In this document: one piece after another, positions 38,240-51,006 of the stretch
Layout of the letters: every line of letters starts with the position of its first letter
Numbering within the stretch: position 1 is the stretch's first letter
NCBI GenBank assembly: GCA_964016885.1
Contig: OZ024745.1
Location: forward strand, 104,904,001 to 104,968,000
DNA length: 64,000 nucleotides
Direction of reading: 5' to 3'
Source of the DNA: Eledone cirrhosa
Lineage: Eukaryota
Notes under the pieces: generated by a model
What the model was told of the DNA's origin: nothing
What the model saw: only the letters and a program-made list of their open reading frames with translations
Databases searched by the model: none
Program-made: the position numbers and the translations under genes

Positions 38240-39820
38240 TATTATTGTTATTGTTGTTCTTTGAGTCTCAGTCATTGATGTTATTTAACTGGAAAGTTTG
38301 TTGAAATGAATATCAAGCCACTACCTGCAGCCTCAGATATTCAGGACGTATCGGAGGGTTCTTGCTGTTCCCAGCAAGCATGCCTTTTGAAGTGTTCCAA
38401 AAAGCGGGGCGGGACCAATTTTTTTTAACCATCCTTGGAAACTCTTTGAGATAGTACCTAGTGCGCCTATGACAATCGGGACCACTTTGACCTCATGGCA
38501 GTTCCAAATCCTTTTTACCTCCCACTTCAAGTCCTGGTATCGGTTAGTTTTCTCCCTCTCCTTCTCTTGCACTCTCGTGTCGAATGGGCAGGCTACATCC
38601 ACAATCAGGTACAATCTTTTTCCCTTGTCCAAAACCACCAGGTCAGGTCTATTGTGTTCCAGTTTCTTGTCCGTCTGTATCCTAAAATCCCACAGCACCT
38701 TCACCTGATCGTTTTCCATCACCGACTCTGGCTTATGCTCATACCACTTCTCAGAATGTGGTAAATTGTCTACTTTGCATAGGTGCCAGTGGATCACCCT
38801 GCCCATCACATCATGTCTGGGCTAGATGAGTCTGGGCTAGGTGTTTACACTTGGATACAATGTGAGTCAGTCTCCTCTCTCTCTCCACAGATCCTACACA
38901 GTGAGCTAGCCTCCTCCTTGTAAATATGGTGTTTCAGCCACTTCGTTTTGAGGGCCTGTTCTTGCGCAGCCATTAGCATTCCTTCTGTAGCCTTTTTATG
39001 GTCTCCTCTTTTCAACCAGTTCTATGTCTGTGGATATCTAAATTCAGTTTTCTCAAAGAAGGCACTATGAAGGGATTTTTCATGAAGGTTGCTCTTTCTC
39101 CTTGTTGTTATTTCCTCCTTGGACATCCCCTGGTCTATTGTCCTCTCCTTCAGTACAATTCTGAGCATTGGCTCCCTACTATCAGTCACGTATTTGTGTA
39201 GATTGTTTTTCTCCATCTGAACACAATACTCTATGCTGATAGGACCTCTTCCACCTTCAGATCTCCTTAAGTAGAGTCTATCGACATCACTCCTATTGTG
39301 GAACATGTTGTAGATAGTCAATAGCTTCCTAGTCTTCCTATCCATTTCTTTTTGTTCAGCAACATTCCATCTCAGAATTCCCGCACTGTACCTAATAATA
39401 GACACAGCTCGGCAATTTTCTGCACTTATGGCATTCCTACTGTTCAGATGTGACTTTAATATGCTCCTTACTCTCCGAATGTATTCAGATCTTATCAATT
39501 CCTTCATTTTTTTGTTCTTGATGTCATCAGCCTCCAGAACACCTAAATACTTGTATCCCTCTTCAGTATCAATTTCCTTTATCTTCTCACCTGTTGGTAT
39601 CTGGATTCCGTTGCTTCTGCTCAATTTACCCCTCTTCATCACAACGACTCCACACTTACTAATACCAAATTGCATGCATATATCGTTGCTGAAAATATGG
39701 ACAGTGTCAACAAGCACATCGAACTCCTTCTCATTCTTCCCGAAGAGTTTAAGATTGTCCATGAATAGGAGGTGATTGATGGTAAGCTCTCCCTTCCCCA
39801 ACTTGTATCCTGCTCTCACT
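38240..39820 (-). mobile_element. 5'-truncated R4/Dong-like non-LTR retrotransposon (RT C-half, CCHC knuckle, RLE endonuclease)
   Basis: HLLFMDNLKL (catalytic DD changed to DN), YKYLG, DRKTRKLL..DVDRLYL.R.EGGRG, MAAQEQAL, CRIC..HIVSKC, RPDLVV..VDVACP..EK..RYQDL; (AAT/AAC)n tail near 38240. Confidence 0.85.
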
Positions 39821-39821
39821 T

Positions 39822-40830
39822 GAAACGATCCTTGAAAACTCTTTGAGATAGTACCTAGTGCTTCTATGACAATCGGGATGACCTTGATCTCATGACAGTC
39901 CCATATCCTTTTTAACTCCTACTTCAAATCTTGGTATCGGTTAATTTTCTCTTCCTTTTCTTGCACTCTTGTGTCAAAGGGGCAGGCTACATCTACAATC
40001 AGGCACGACCTTTTTTCCTTGTCAAAAACCACCATGTCAGGCCTATTGTGTTCTAATTTTTTGTCTGTCTGTATCCTGAAATCCTATAGCACCTTCACTT
40101 GATCAATTTCTATCACCGACTCTGGCTTATTTTCATACCACTTCTCAGTATGTGGTAAATTATTTAGTTTGCATTCTTGTGATGCTAAACTCCACCAATT
40201 GCAGACTGTGCATCAACATGAGATATTCTTCTCTACAAAGTTTGATCACCAGCAGCAGAGTTTAAAGAGCAAAGATCAAGTTCAGTCCATAAGTTGACAT
40301 TATCAAGCCATCATTTTGGCTGCCGGCCTCTGCTTCTCTTACCAGCCAGCCATCCTTCCAGACATAACCTACTCACACCACGAATTGATCTTTTTATATA
40401 ACCGTATAGTTTGAGTACTCTTGACTTGACAATTGATGTACTTGGTCTAAGTTTGGTAATGATGAGCAGCTCACTGATACAGATATGGTCGCTGAGCTGC
40501 TTGCCAGTCACAAGTCTCATTATGTGGTTCTGGAATGTAGAGAGCTTCTGAAGTGACTTTGTCATCCAATTAACACAGTCAAGACCATATAGCACAACTG
40601 TGTTAGTTTGCATAAATGCCAGTGAATCACTTTTCCTATTATATCATACCTCCAACCTTTATAATGAGTCTGGTCTAGGTGTTTAAACTCGGATATGATA
40701 TGAGCCGGAGTTACCTCTCTCTCATTCCACAGATCCTACTCAGTGAGCTAGCCTCCTCCGTGTCAATATGGTGTTTCACCCATTTCGTTCTGAGGGCTTG
40801 CACTTGTGCAGCCCTCTGTAGCTTTTTTAA
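39822..40830 (-). mobile_element. Further diverged R4-like fragments (39822-40175, 40665-40830) around an RTE-like fragment (about 40250-40620)
   Basis: 39822-40175 parallels 38430-38780, and 40665-40830 parallels 38825-39000. ORF 40311-40613 has LKLYGYI..GKRSRGRQ. Confidence 0.75.
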
Positions 40831-40913
40831 GGTTTTCTTTTATCATCATCATCATCACAACAACCACCACCACCACTACCACCACCATCATCATCATTAT
40901 CATTATTATTTTA

Positions 40914-41785
40914 AGGGTGATGGATTGGCAGTATCAGTAGAGTCGGACACCATGCTTTGCAGCATAGAGTTACGGTCCTTTACGGTCTGAGTTCAAATCC
41001 CAAAGAGTTTTTGCCTTTCATGCTTACGGGGTCGATCAAATAAAGTACCAGTAATGCACTGGGTAATTGCTGGCCTTGTACCTAACGTAGAAACAATTAT
41101 TATTATTATTGGTGGTGGATTGGCAGTATCGGTAGAGGGTCGGATGCCATGCTTTGACGCATAGAGTTACGGCCCTTGCCATTCTGAGTTCAAATCCCGC
41201 CAAGGTTAACTTTGCCTTTCATCCTTACGAGGTCAATAAAATAAAGTACCAGTAATGTACTGGGAAATTGCTGGCCTTGTGCCAAAAAGTAGAAACAATT
41301 ATTATTATTATTATTGCATAGAATTACGGCCCTTGCCATTCTGAGTTCAAATCCCACCAAGGTTAACTTTGCCTTTCATCCTTATGAGGTCAATAAAATA
41401 AAGTACCAGTAATGTACTGGGAAATTGCTGGCCTTGTGCCAAAAAGTATAAACAATTATTATTATTATTATTGCATAGAATTACGGCCCTTGCCATTCTG
41501 AGTTCAAATCCCACCAAGGTTAACTTTGCCTTTCATCCTTATGAGGTCAATAAAATAAAGTACCAGTAATGTACTGGGAAATTGCTGGCCTTGTGCCAAA
41601 AAGTATAAACAATTATTATTATTATTATTGCATAGAATTACGGCCCTTGCCATTCTGAGTTCAAATCCCACCAAGGTTAACTTTGCCTTTCATCCTTACG
41701 AGGTCGATAAAATAAAGTACCAGTAATGTACTGGGAAATTGCTGGCCTTGTGCCAAAAAGTAGAAACAATTATTATCATTATTAT
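40914..41785 (+). mobile_element. SINE A array: two full copies plus three near-identical tandem 5'-truncated units of about 157 bp
   Basis: Units restart at GCATAGAATTACGGCCC after each (ATT)n tail. Confidence 0.9.
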
Positions 41786-42253
41786 TGCATATGGATTGCA
41801 ACAGCACTTACCATATGCTTGATAGGTAACAATTACTGCAAGTCTACAAAACTACAGGTGCAAGAATAAAAAGAATATTAAGATAATGCTGCAGTTTATT
41901 TTAGAAAAGGTCAAACGTTGAAATTGTAATAGATTGAATCTTTGTTGCCTGTCTACAGTGCCAGCCTTCTGCTGACTTAATGGCTGCTTCCACAATATCC
42001 AAAGATTAGAAATATCAACAGCTGAAAAATATGATTGAGGATGTAACAATGAATAGTCAAAACGTCTAATATCTACAAATATATATATATATATATAGAT
42101 GCACACATGCATAAACACACACACATACACATACACACACACACATATATATATAAACATATGTGTGTATATATATATGTGTATATATATAGGTGTATAT
42201 ATATGTGTATATATAATTATATATATAAATATATATATATATATGTATACATA

Positions 42254-42284
<31 letters not shown>

Positions 42285-42524
42285 ATATATATATGTATGT
42301 ATATATATATATATAGGTATGTATGTATGTATACGTACATACATATATCTATACAGATGTACAGTAGTATGTATATATATACACATACATGCACACATAT
42401 ATACATGCACGTATCGGTTTACGGAACATTTATTATAATGCTCGGTTTGTTTGTTTGTAAACAAACAGACATTTAAGTAAGTACCGTACTAAGAATGAGA
42501 AATGACATTTCATTTCATTCTATT

Positions 42525-42580
<56 letters not shown>

Positions 42581-42616
42581 ACATATATATGTATATGTAT
42601 ATATAAATATGTATAT

Positions 42617-42960
42617 ATCATCATCATCATCATCATCATCATCGTTTAATGTCCATTTTCCACGCTTGCATGGGTTTGGACGGGAGTTTTCCCACTTGAG
42701 GCAAGATTGGTTGTCTTGCTCGTATAGGACTGTCTGGCGGGTTTTCTACGGCTGGATGCACTTCCTAACACCAACCACGTTTACAGTGTGGACTGGGAGG
42801 TTTTTACCGTGTTATCTACATGACCACATTACAGCGTGGACTGTGTGTTTTTTTGTCGTGACACTTACACGACCTCATTTGTTTCGGACTGGATGTTGTG
42901 GTACCAACATAACTTCACATTGAAGGGGGTGGTGTGGATGGGGTGAGGGTAGTGGGACAG
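42617..42960 (-). mobile_element. RTE 3' UTR copy
   Basis: Reverse complement closely similar to 56070-56422. Confidence 0.85.
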
Positions 42961-43732
42961 GGGTGTATTTTTGTTAGAGGGTATTAATGTACCCGCCTTT
43001 CATACTGTAATTTACCCTCCATCTATTGTACGGTACTATCGTTCAGTATGTAGTTAATATATCTGTATCATTAATACCCCTTTCAAAACTTCTTACTTAA
43101 ACATCTCCCTACGTAGTAGATAGTATAGGTGCATATATTATTTACTCACTTCAATCTATATTTTTTTACTCACCTCAATCTAGATTCTCACTTGTAAATC
43201 TTTTTAATTTTTAATTATTAATTTTTAATTTTTAATTTTTAATATTTGATTTTTGATTTTCGATTTTTAACTTTTAATTTTTAGTTCTAATTTCCAACTC
43301 TCATTCATAACTTCCACTGTGAAACCTTGATACCTAGAATTAAGTATATTTTCTCTTAGAGGTTGATGGTCAATTATACTGTCCATGCTTAATGAGGGGT
43401 AGTATTGGGACCTATTGATACTCACACTCTCCCATCCCCACTGGCTTTCGGCTGACTGCAACTGATTGGGTGGCTAGCAGTAAGCTATATATAACAGGCC
43501 TGAATGGGTCATTGTTTGGTTGAGAGGGGGAACTGATTTGGCGAATTTCATTGAAATCTGCGGTAGTTAATGGTCAACCTCCTTCGGACCTGCGCCTGCG
43601 CAGACCGGTGGGGGTGAATTAGTACCCAAGAGCACACACTTCGTGAATTAGAACCCAAGAGCACACACCTCGTCCGTTCCCATGTCGATTCAATTTGGAT
43701 TGCCTCGGAAACATAACCTTATTATGTAACAA

Positions 43733-43806
43733 GCTGTCTGACGATGTCGCGTCACTGGTGCACGGAACAGTGTGGCCACTGTCGCCATTGAAATATATAT
43801 CACAGC
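43733..43806 (+). ncRNA. Type I hammerhead ribozyme motif with intact core and extended helix II region
   Basis: Helix I GCTGT/ACAGC (perfect), CTGACGA (43738-44), 45-nt insert containing ACAGTG-tggc-CACTGT, GAAA (43790-93), TATATA palindromic helix III, and AUC cleavage triplet ending at 43801. Confidence 0.75.
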
Positions 43807-43930
43807 ATTATTATTAAAGGACTTCAACATCTGAAACTACTTCGCTTTTCCTTATTCGATATGTATATATATATGTATATATATATATATGTATATATAT
43901 ATATGTATATATATATGTATATATATATAG

Positions 43931-44239
43931 AAAAAATGAAATTTCATTTCTCACTCTTAGTACGGCTGATACTTAAATATAAGTATGTATATGTACATAC
44001 ATATATGTATACAGACGTACACTTGTATGTATATACATACATGCACACATATATGTACGTATGGGTTTACCGAACATTTATTATAATGCTCGGTTTGTTT
44101 GTAAACAAACAGCCCAAATTATGCTGTACAGTGTCTAGCAACCATCGTTGCCCTTTTGAGCAAACTAGTTTTTAGTTTATACATACTTATATTTACGTAT
44201 CAGCCGTACTAAGAGTGAGAAATGAAATTTCATTTTTTC
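43931..44239. repeat. Element bounded by inverted repeats of about 60 bp
   Basis: GAAAAAATGAAATTTCATTTCTCACTCTTAGTACGGCTGATAC.TAAATATAAGTATGTAT and its reverse complement at 44179-44239. Partial second copy at about 42410-42520. Confidence 0.8.
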
Positions 44240-44368
44240 CATTTATCGTTCTTAGTACGCCCGGCCGACTAACTCACTCGATATGCAAATTAGGCTGCTC
44301 AGCCGTTAATATGCATAAGGAAAGTATATACTTTCAAATGTTCAATCTCGACTGACAGGAAGGTATAC

Positions 44369-44408
44369 AGTGCTGATGACAGCTAATAAGCTAGAAACTT
44401 ATTGCACG
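44369..44408 (+). ncRNA. Minimal hammerhead-like motif (imperfect)
   Basis: GTG-CTGATGA-cAGCT aata AGCTa-GAAA-CTTA-TT-GCAC; the helix I register is off by one nucleotide. Confidence 0.45.
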
Positions 44409-44725
44409 ATAGAATTAATTAATGATTATTAATAATGGTATATCGTGCAATGGCCATAATCGATAATGAGGGGGCAGCCATCATGTAGATATATATATGT
44501 GTATGTATATATATATATGTTTGTATGTATATATGTATATATATATATCTGTATGTATGTATGCATGTATGTATGTATGTATATATGTATATATATATAT
44601 ATGTATGTATGTATGTATATATGTATACATATATATATATATCTGTATGTATGTATGTATGTATGTATATATGTATATATATATATCTGTATGTATGTAT
44701 GTATATATGTATATATATATATCTG

Positions 44726-44756
<31 letters not shown>

Positions 44757-45442
44757 ATATGTATATATATATATCTGTATGTATGTATATATATATATCT
44801 GTATATATGTATGTATGTATATATATATGTATATATATGTATGTATGTATATATATATGTATATATATGTATGCATGTATGTATGTATGTATGTATATAT
44901 ATATATGTATGCATGTATATATATATATATGTATATATGTATGTATGTATGTATATATATATTATGTCAGGTCACCAGTTGGTGCTACTGGTAACATGTA
45001 TCCCAGTACAACCTGTCTCATGGTCGGGTCATTGGCGACTAAACTGGCAACCCCACCAAGGTTTCTTGGTGAGGAGGGTGACTTTGGACATCCTGCAGGA
45101 CTAGAAACAAAACCTGTCAAAGGGCAAAGGAGCTCTTAAGAGTCAATGGCCATCCAAAATCACTGGGAGAGATAACCCCTTAGCCTTTGTCAAGGCAGAA
45201 TTCTAGGAGAAGGAAAACTCTGATATAACACCTGCAACTCTGATGGTATCCAATGATGTTGACTTGTTCTTCTTTTTGGTAAATATCATCTTGGTTAAGA
45301 GAGTGGGACTGGCTTTGTGCAGTGCCTTTGCTCACTATAAAAGCTTCACGGCATAGGTATTGCTTTATATCTGGAGATCTCTCTGCACTTGTCGTCACAT
45401 GGTACCATGGGCCCTGCACTATGTGTCAATAATTGTCACAAG

Positions 45443-45573
45443 TGTAGTGTTTGTACCAGAGTTTTCAAGTCGCTGGCTGGACTAAAAAGTCACACTCGTT
45501 CAGCGCATCGGTAGGCGTTCTCCTACATGGATATAAAGTAGTGGCCGTACTCGAAAACGAGTTGGCAGCCACC
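45443..45573 (+). mobile_element. 3' end of a second RTE-like LINE family with a C-terminal C2H2 zinc finger
   Basis: [23 protein letters not shown] (45443-45514), short 3' UTR with the hairpin ACTCG-AAAA-CGAGT, then (TA)n. Related stub at 44452-44483. Confidence 0.7.
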
Positions 45574-46088
45574 ATATGTATATATATGTATATATATATG
45601 TATATATATGTATATATATATGTATATATATATGTATATATGTATATATATATGTATATATATATGTATATATATATGTATATATGTATATATATGTATA
45701 TATATGTATATATGTATATATATATGTATATATATATGTATATATATATGTATATATATGTATATATATATGTGTATATATGTATATATACATGTATATA
45801 TATATATATATGTATATATATATGTATATATATATATGTATGTATATATGTATATATATATATATATGTATATATATATGTATATATATATATGTATGTA
45901 TATATGTATATATATATATATGTGTGTATATATATATATATACATATATAAATATATACGTATATATATATGTATATACATATATACATATATATATATA
46001 TATACATAGATATATATGTATATATATATATATATATGTATAAATAAATAAATTACACAATTATCAAAGTTGTTAAAATTATTTAATA

Positions 46089-46133
46089 GCTGACAACCGT
46101 TTCTTCCAAACTCTCGTTTGGAGTCATCGGAGC
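46089..46133 (-). ncRNA. Minimal hammerhead motif in the inverted pLTR
   Basis: Minus strand: GCT-CCGATGA-cTCCAAAC gaga GTTTGGAa-GAAA-CGGTTG-TC-AGC. Confidence 0.7.
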
Positions 46134-48980
46134 ATTATCAATGATTGCACATATAATTAACCTCCTATTCAACTGAACAATAATATAGATACATAAGGAC
46201 CTACCCTACCTCAACGGTGGTTTATACCGCAATGATGCGCTTCTTCTTATAGACTATAAAATATTTAATAAAGAAAAAACTAGGAAACAGTTACACAAAA
46301 TTTTCAAAAACTTCAACTTATGTATCACCTTAGATAAAAACACTAAAAACGTCAACTTCCTTGATGCTACCCTTATACACACCCTATCATAAACCTAACG
46401 AAAAACTAATTTATGTGAATACCAACTCTAACCACCCTAAATCCATATTAAACTCTATTACTAAAGGAATATCTAATAGAATCTCTAATCTATCATATAA
46501 TGAAACCATATTTAACAATACATATTTTACAATAATTCACAATACTATAATGAGGCCTTAGCTAAATCAGGACATAAGAATGAGATTGAATTCCTACCTA
46601 TAAAATCACATAGTTACAACATTATTTCTCATAATATGGCCATGAGGAAAAATAGTAAAAACACTAGCCACTATATCTCTAAGACGAAGATTAATACCAA
46701 ACTTAACTCGCACCAAAGTAAACACCACAATAATAATATAAATACCTACAAAAACAATACTATAAACAAAAATAGAAGGAGAACTAATACATTCTTCAAT
46801 CCCCCTTTCAATCTAAACATCTCTACCAACTTGCCTAAGGCTTTCTTCTCAATCTTAGAAAAAACTTCCCGACCGGCCACAAGTACCATAACCTTATCAA
46901 TAAAAATACAATTAAAATATCGTACTCCACCACACCTAACATAGCATACCATATAGCTAGTAGTAATAAAAGGAAGATTAATAATTATTTCCAACTAATT
47001 AAAATACAACAGGAGGTTAACTTAGTACCTGTAAACAATAGTAGTAATAATAGTAATAATGATAATAGCACTAATGAAATCAATAACAATACGAATGATA
47101 GACATCATTACCCTAGTGCTATCTCTAGCAACCAGAATTCTTCACAACATAGGAACCGGCAAGCTAACACTCAGAATAAATGTAACTGTAGAACTAATAG
47201 AACTTGCTCCTTAGGTAATAATTGCTTAACCAAAGACATCATCTACTCATGCACCGTCAACGCAAACAACTCCTCTAAAACATATATAGGTTCTATTTCG
47301 AACAACTTCAAGACGAGATACAACTCGCACCTCCACTCTTTCAAAAACCACAATCTAGCCAGCTCCACTTCTTTATCTAGCTACGTACACTCTCTGAAAA
47401 CTAGGAATAGACCATTTACACTGCAATGGGAAGTAGTAGGTAGGGCCTCATCGTATAAACCACCGAATAAATTGTGTATTCTCTGCCTTCTGGAGACCCA
47501 TACTATAATCTTTTCGAAACTAGACCTCCTGAATAGAAAGTCAGAGACATTTTCCTTGTGCCAACACTGGTACCGGCACTCGTTCCATAACTTTAAACCT
47601 AGCTGTTAGTATACAAGAATGTCAGAGTTGAATTCCCCCCCCCCCCCCATTAACACTACACATCTAGGACTTAGCAGCACCCACAACCACAAACCCTTCG
47701 ACCAACTCTTTCCTCTACACAACTCCTATTCATCTCTAACCTTATGCTCTGCAATAACAGTTAGAATTAGACATAGAGTTACTACCTTGTGATATAACTA
47801 CAATAGATTATATCGTATACTGTAATGGATATTTGGTACTTAGTATGTAGAGACATTTAATGTAATATGTGATAATAAACTATATATGCATTTATAATTA
47901 TATAATTAAATTCTTAAATTAATAACATGTATATAATGGATCTACCTTTAACACAACATAATAATAATAAAGTATATATACATTTATAATTAAATATAAA
48001 ATGTAATAACATTGTATATTAGGGATTAACTTTCAAAACAATAATGTATATTATTACACATATGACATATCTATTATGACATATTAACAGCTATACAATT
48101 CTTCATAACGTATACCTTGTCCAGTAATGAATAGATAACAATCTAAAGAGAACTTTAATGTATGATAGTAAAATACACTGTATTTAAAATCAGGTATAAG
48201 TATACAGCGTTATGTAACATAGATCCAATTATATTGTGTATTAGAACAAAGAATTTTAACTGAATTGAACTTAATTAGCTAGTTACCTCCGACTTACGCA
48301 TTAGCTCCCCTTATTCACTTCCGGAAATTAACAATTGGAAAATTTACCGGTTGATCAAATATAGTCTATGAATATGAATACATTAAGAATAATTTACAAT
48401 CCATTGCTCTAACTAACTTAAAACATTCAATATAAACATTAACTAAAATTTAATTCAACATATGTCATGGAAAAGTCTGCAAAAACTGTATGTTTCTCAA
48501 CACACACAAATTCGAACACTATCAGCATACAGCATCCACCATAGATTCTAATACATTAACATATTTGCTTAAAGTGCAGTATTTATTCATCTATATATGC
48601 ATAATAGCTTTGCTTGTCTCCTTCTCAAGTATATGACTAACGCAGTTGCACTCTCCACACGCCTACATATGAATTGTTAATGTACTCTTCCTTTCTCAAA
48701 ACTACTTTCTCAATGCCTCTTTAATGATTGGACTATTCTCTTGTTTTATCTGTTGCATGTATTCCACTCCATGCTTTTGATTTTAATTTGATTTTAATTT
48801 GATTTTAATTTTAATTTGAACTTGAATGTGTGTACAATTATTGTACATTTCTCGTAAAATATATGTCACATCCATTCCACCCTGTAAATACGAAACTGTT
48901 GCTCACAGCATCAATTTATATGTATCTATATTATTGTTCAGTTGAATAGGAGGTTAATTATATGTGCAAACATTGATAAT

Positions 48981-49025
48981 GCTCCGATGACTCCAAACGA
49001 GAGTTTGGAAGAAACGATTGTCAGC
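48981..49025 (+). ncRNA. Minimal hammerhead motif in the PLE 3' pLTR (U4C core variant)
   Basis: GCT-CCGATGA-cTCCAAAC gaga GTTTGGAa-GAAA-CGATTG-TC-AGC; GNRA-capped helix II and GUC triplet. Confidence 0.7.
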
Positions 49026-49223
49026 TATTAAATGATTTGGACAACTTTGATAATTGTATAATTTATTTATTTTCCTGCTCTGTAAAACAACTGATGTTCA
49101 TACATTGAGCTATTTCTCTTACTGGTAATAAGGTAATAAGAAATTACTGACCTTCCTGTTTATAGTTGTTTATGCTATATACATAACTATAAATAGTATT
49201 ATTATTATATATATGTATATATG

Positions 49224-49282
<59 letters not shown>

Positions 49283-49315
49283 GTATATATATATATGTGT
49301 ATATATATATATATG

Positions 49316-49386
<71 letters not shown>

Positions 49387-49829
49387 GTAGCTCATAGATA
49401 GGACAACACACTGTTTTTCGTGGGGGTAAGTTTTTATTAATTTTCGTATTCTGAAAGAACAACAAAATACAACAAAATTTTGGCTCATTGGACTCCGGGG
49501 AAATGTTCTGACAAAAGCTGTGGAAGCTACAGAAATATTCCATATATTTTTCCAGAGCAATCTCTATTTAAAAAATTTTACATTTTACGCCTACTTGTCC
49601 CCCATTGCAAAATGGCCTAAAACTCAAATTTTGAAAAGAGAGGAAAAGGGACAAGTGAACTATGAACTTGAACTTGATACATCTCACTGCCCCCCCCCCC
49701 CCACCACCACAATAACGTCTACACTCGCTCCCCACCACCACCACATAAGTTATTACCCTATCTACACTAAGACCTGTTGACAAACTGCTAACTCCTTTGT
49801 TGAATGTGTGTATATATATATATATATGT

Positions 49830-49955
49830 ACGTTATTCCGGGTTGAATCGGAGGTAACCACAGTAAGTAAGGTACTCAATACATAGCAGAGTATAAAAGT
49901 TTTAATATAGAAGAGATTCTACAGGACTAGAACTGTTTCATTCATTAGAAATCAT
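49830..49955 (-). mobile_element. Probable PLE 3' stub truncated inside a hammerhead core
   Basis: The minus strand leaves (TA)n with ATGA-tTTC taat GAAt-GAAA-CAGT-TC-TAGTCC and ends in (TA)n. Confidence 0.45.
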
Positions 49956-50193
49956 ATATGTATATATATGTATGTGCGTGTATATATGTATGTATATATA
50001 TATCTCAGTGGATGCGACCAGATTTCAACACAGCAACAACATGGAGGTGCCACGGCAAAAAGCACCCAGCACTCACTGTAAATGAGGTTGGTGTTAGGAA
50101 GGGCATCCAGCTGTAGAAATCAAGCTAGCATCAGTTCCCGTCCCACCCTTGCAAGCAGGGAAAAGCGGACGTAAAATGATGATGATGATGATG

Positions 50194-50228
<35 letters not shown>

Positions 50229-50302
50229 TATATATACATATATATATATATATACACATATATATACAAATATATATATATATATGTATATATATATGTA
50301 TA

Positions 50303-50368
<66 letters not shown>

Positions 50369-50434
50369 TATACATATATATGTATATATATGTGTGTATA
50401 TATATATACACATATATATATACATATATGTGTG

Positions 50435-50465
<31 letters not shown>

Positions 50466-50626
50466 GTATATATGTACATATATATATGTATATATATATA
50501 CATATATATATGTATATATGTATATATATATACATATATATATGTATATATATATGTGTGTATATATATATACATATATATATGTATATATATATGTGTG
50601 TATATATATATACTTATATATATGTG

Positions 50627-50657
<31 letters not shown>

Positions 50658-50760
50658 TAATATATGTATATATATGTGTATATATATGTATATATATATA
50701 TTAATATATGTATATATATGTGTATATATATATATATATGTATGTATATTTATATATATA

Positions 50761-50793
<33 letters not shown>

Positions 50794-50856
50794 GCGTGTA
50801 TATATATATATATATATATATATTTGTGTGTATATATATGTATATATATTTATATA

Positions 50857-50902
<46 letters not shown>

Positions 50903-50915
50903 TATATATATGCAC

Positions 50916-50948
<33 letters not shown>

Positions 50949-50955
50949 TATATAT

Positions 50956-51006
<51 letters not shown>

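Larger units (their letters stand above)
46043..49205 (+). mobile_element. 5'-truncated Penelope-like element (RT thumb plus C-terminal GIY-YIG) with inverted pLTR
   Basis: Frameshifted ORF 46197-47609: GLYRND, NFLD, YHKPN..YVNTNSNHP, FNPPF, KISYS, CNCR..C..C, IIY..TYIG..FKTRYNSH, CILCLLE, LLNRKSE. 46043-46195 is an inverted copy of 48919-49071. Confidence 0.9.
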
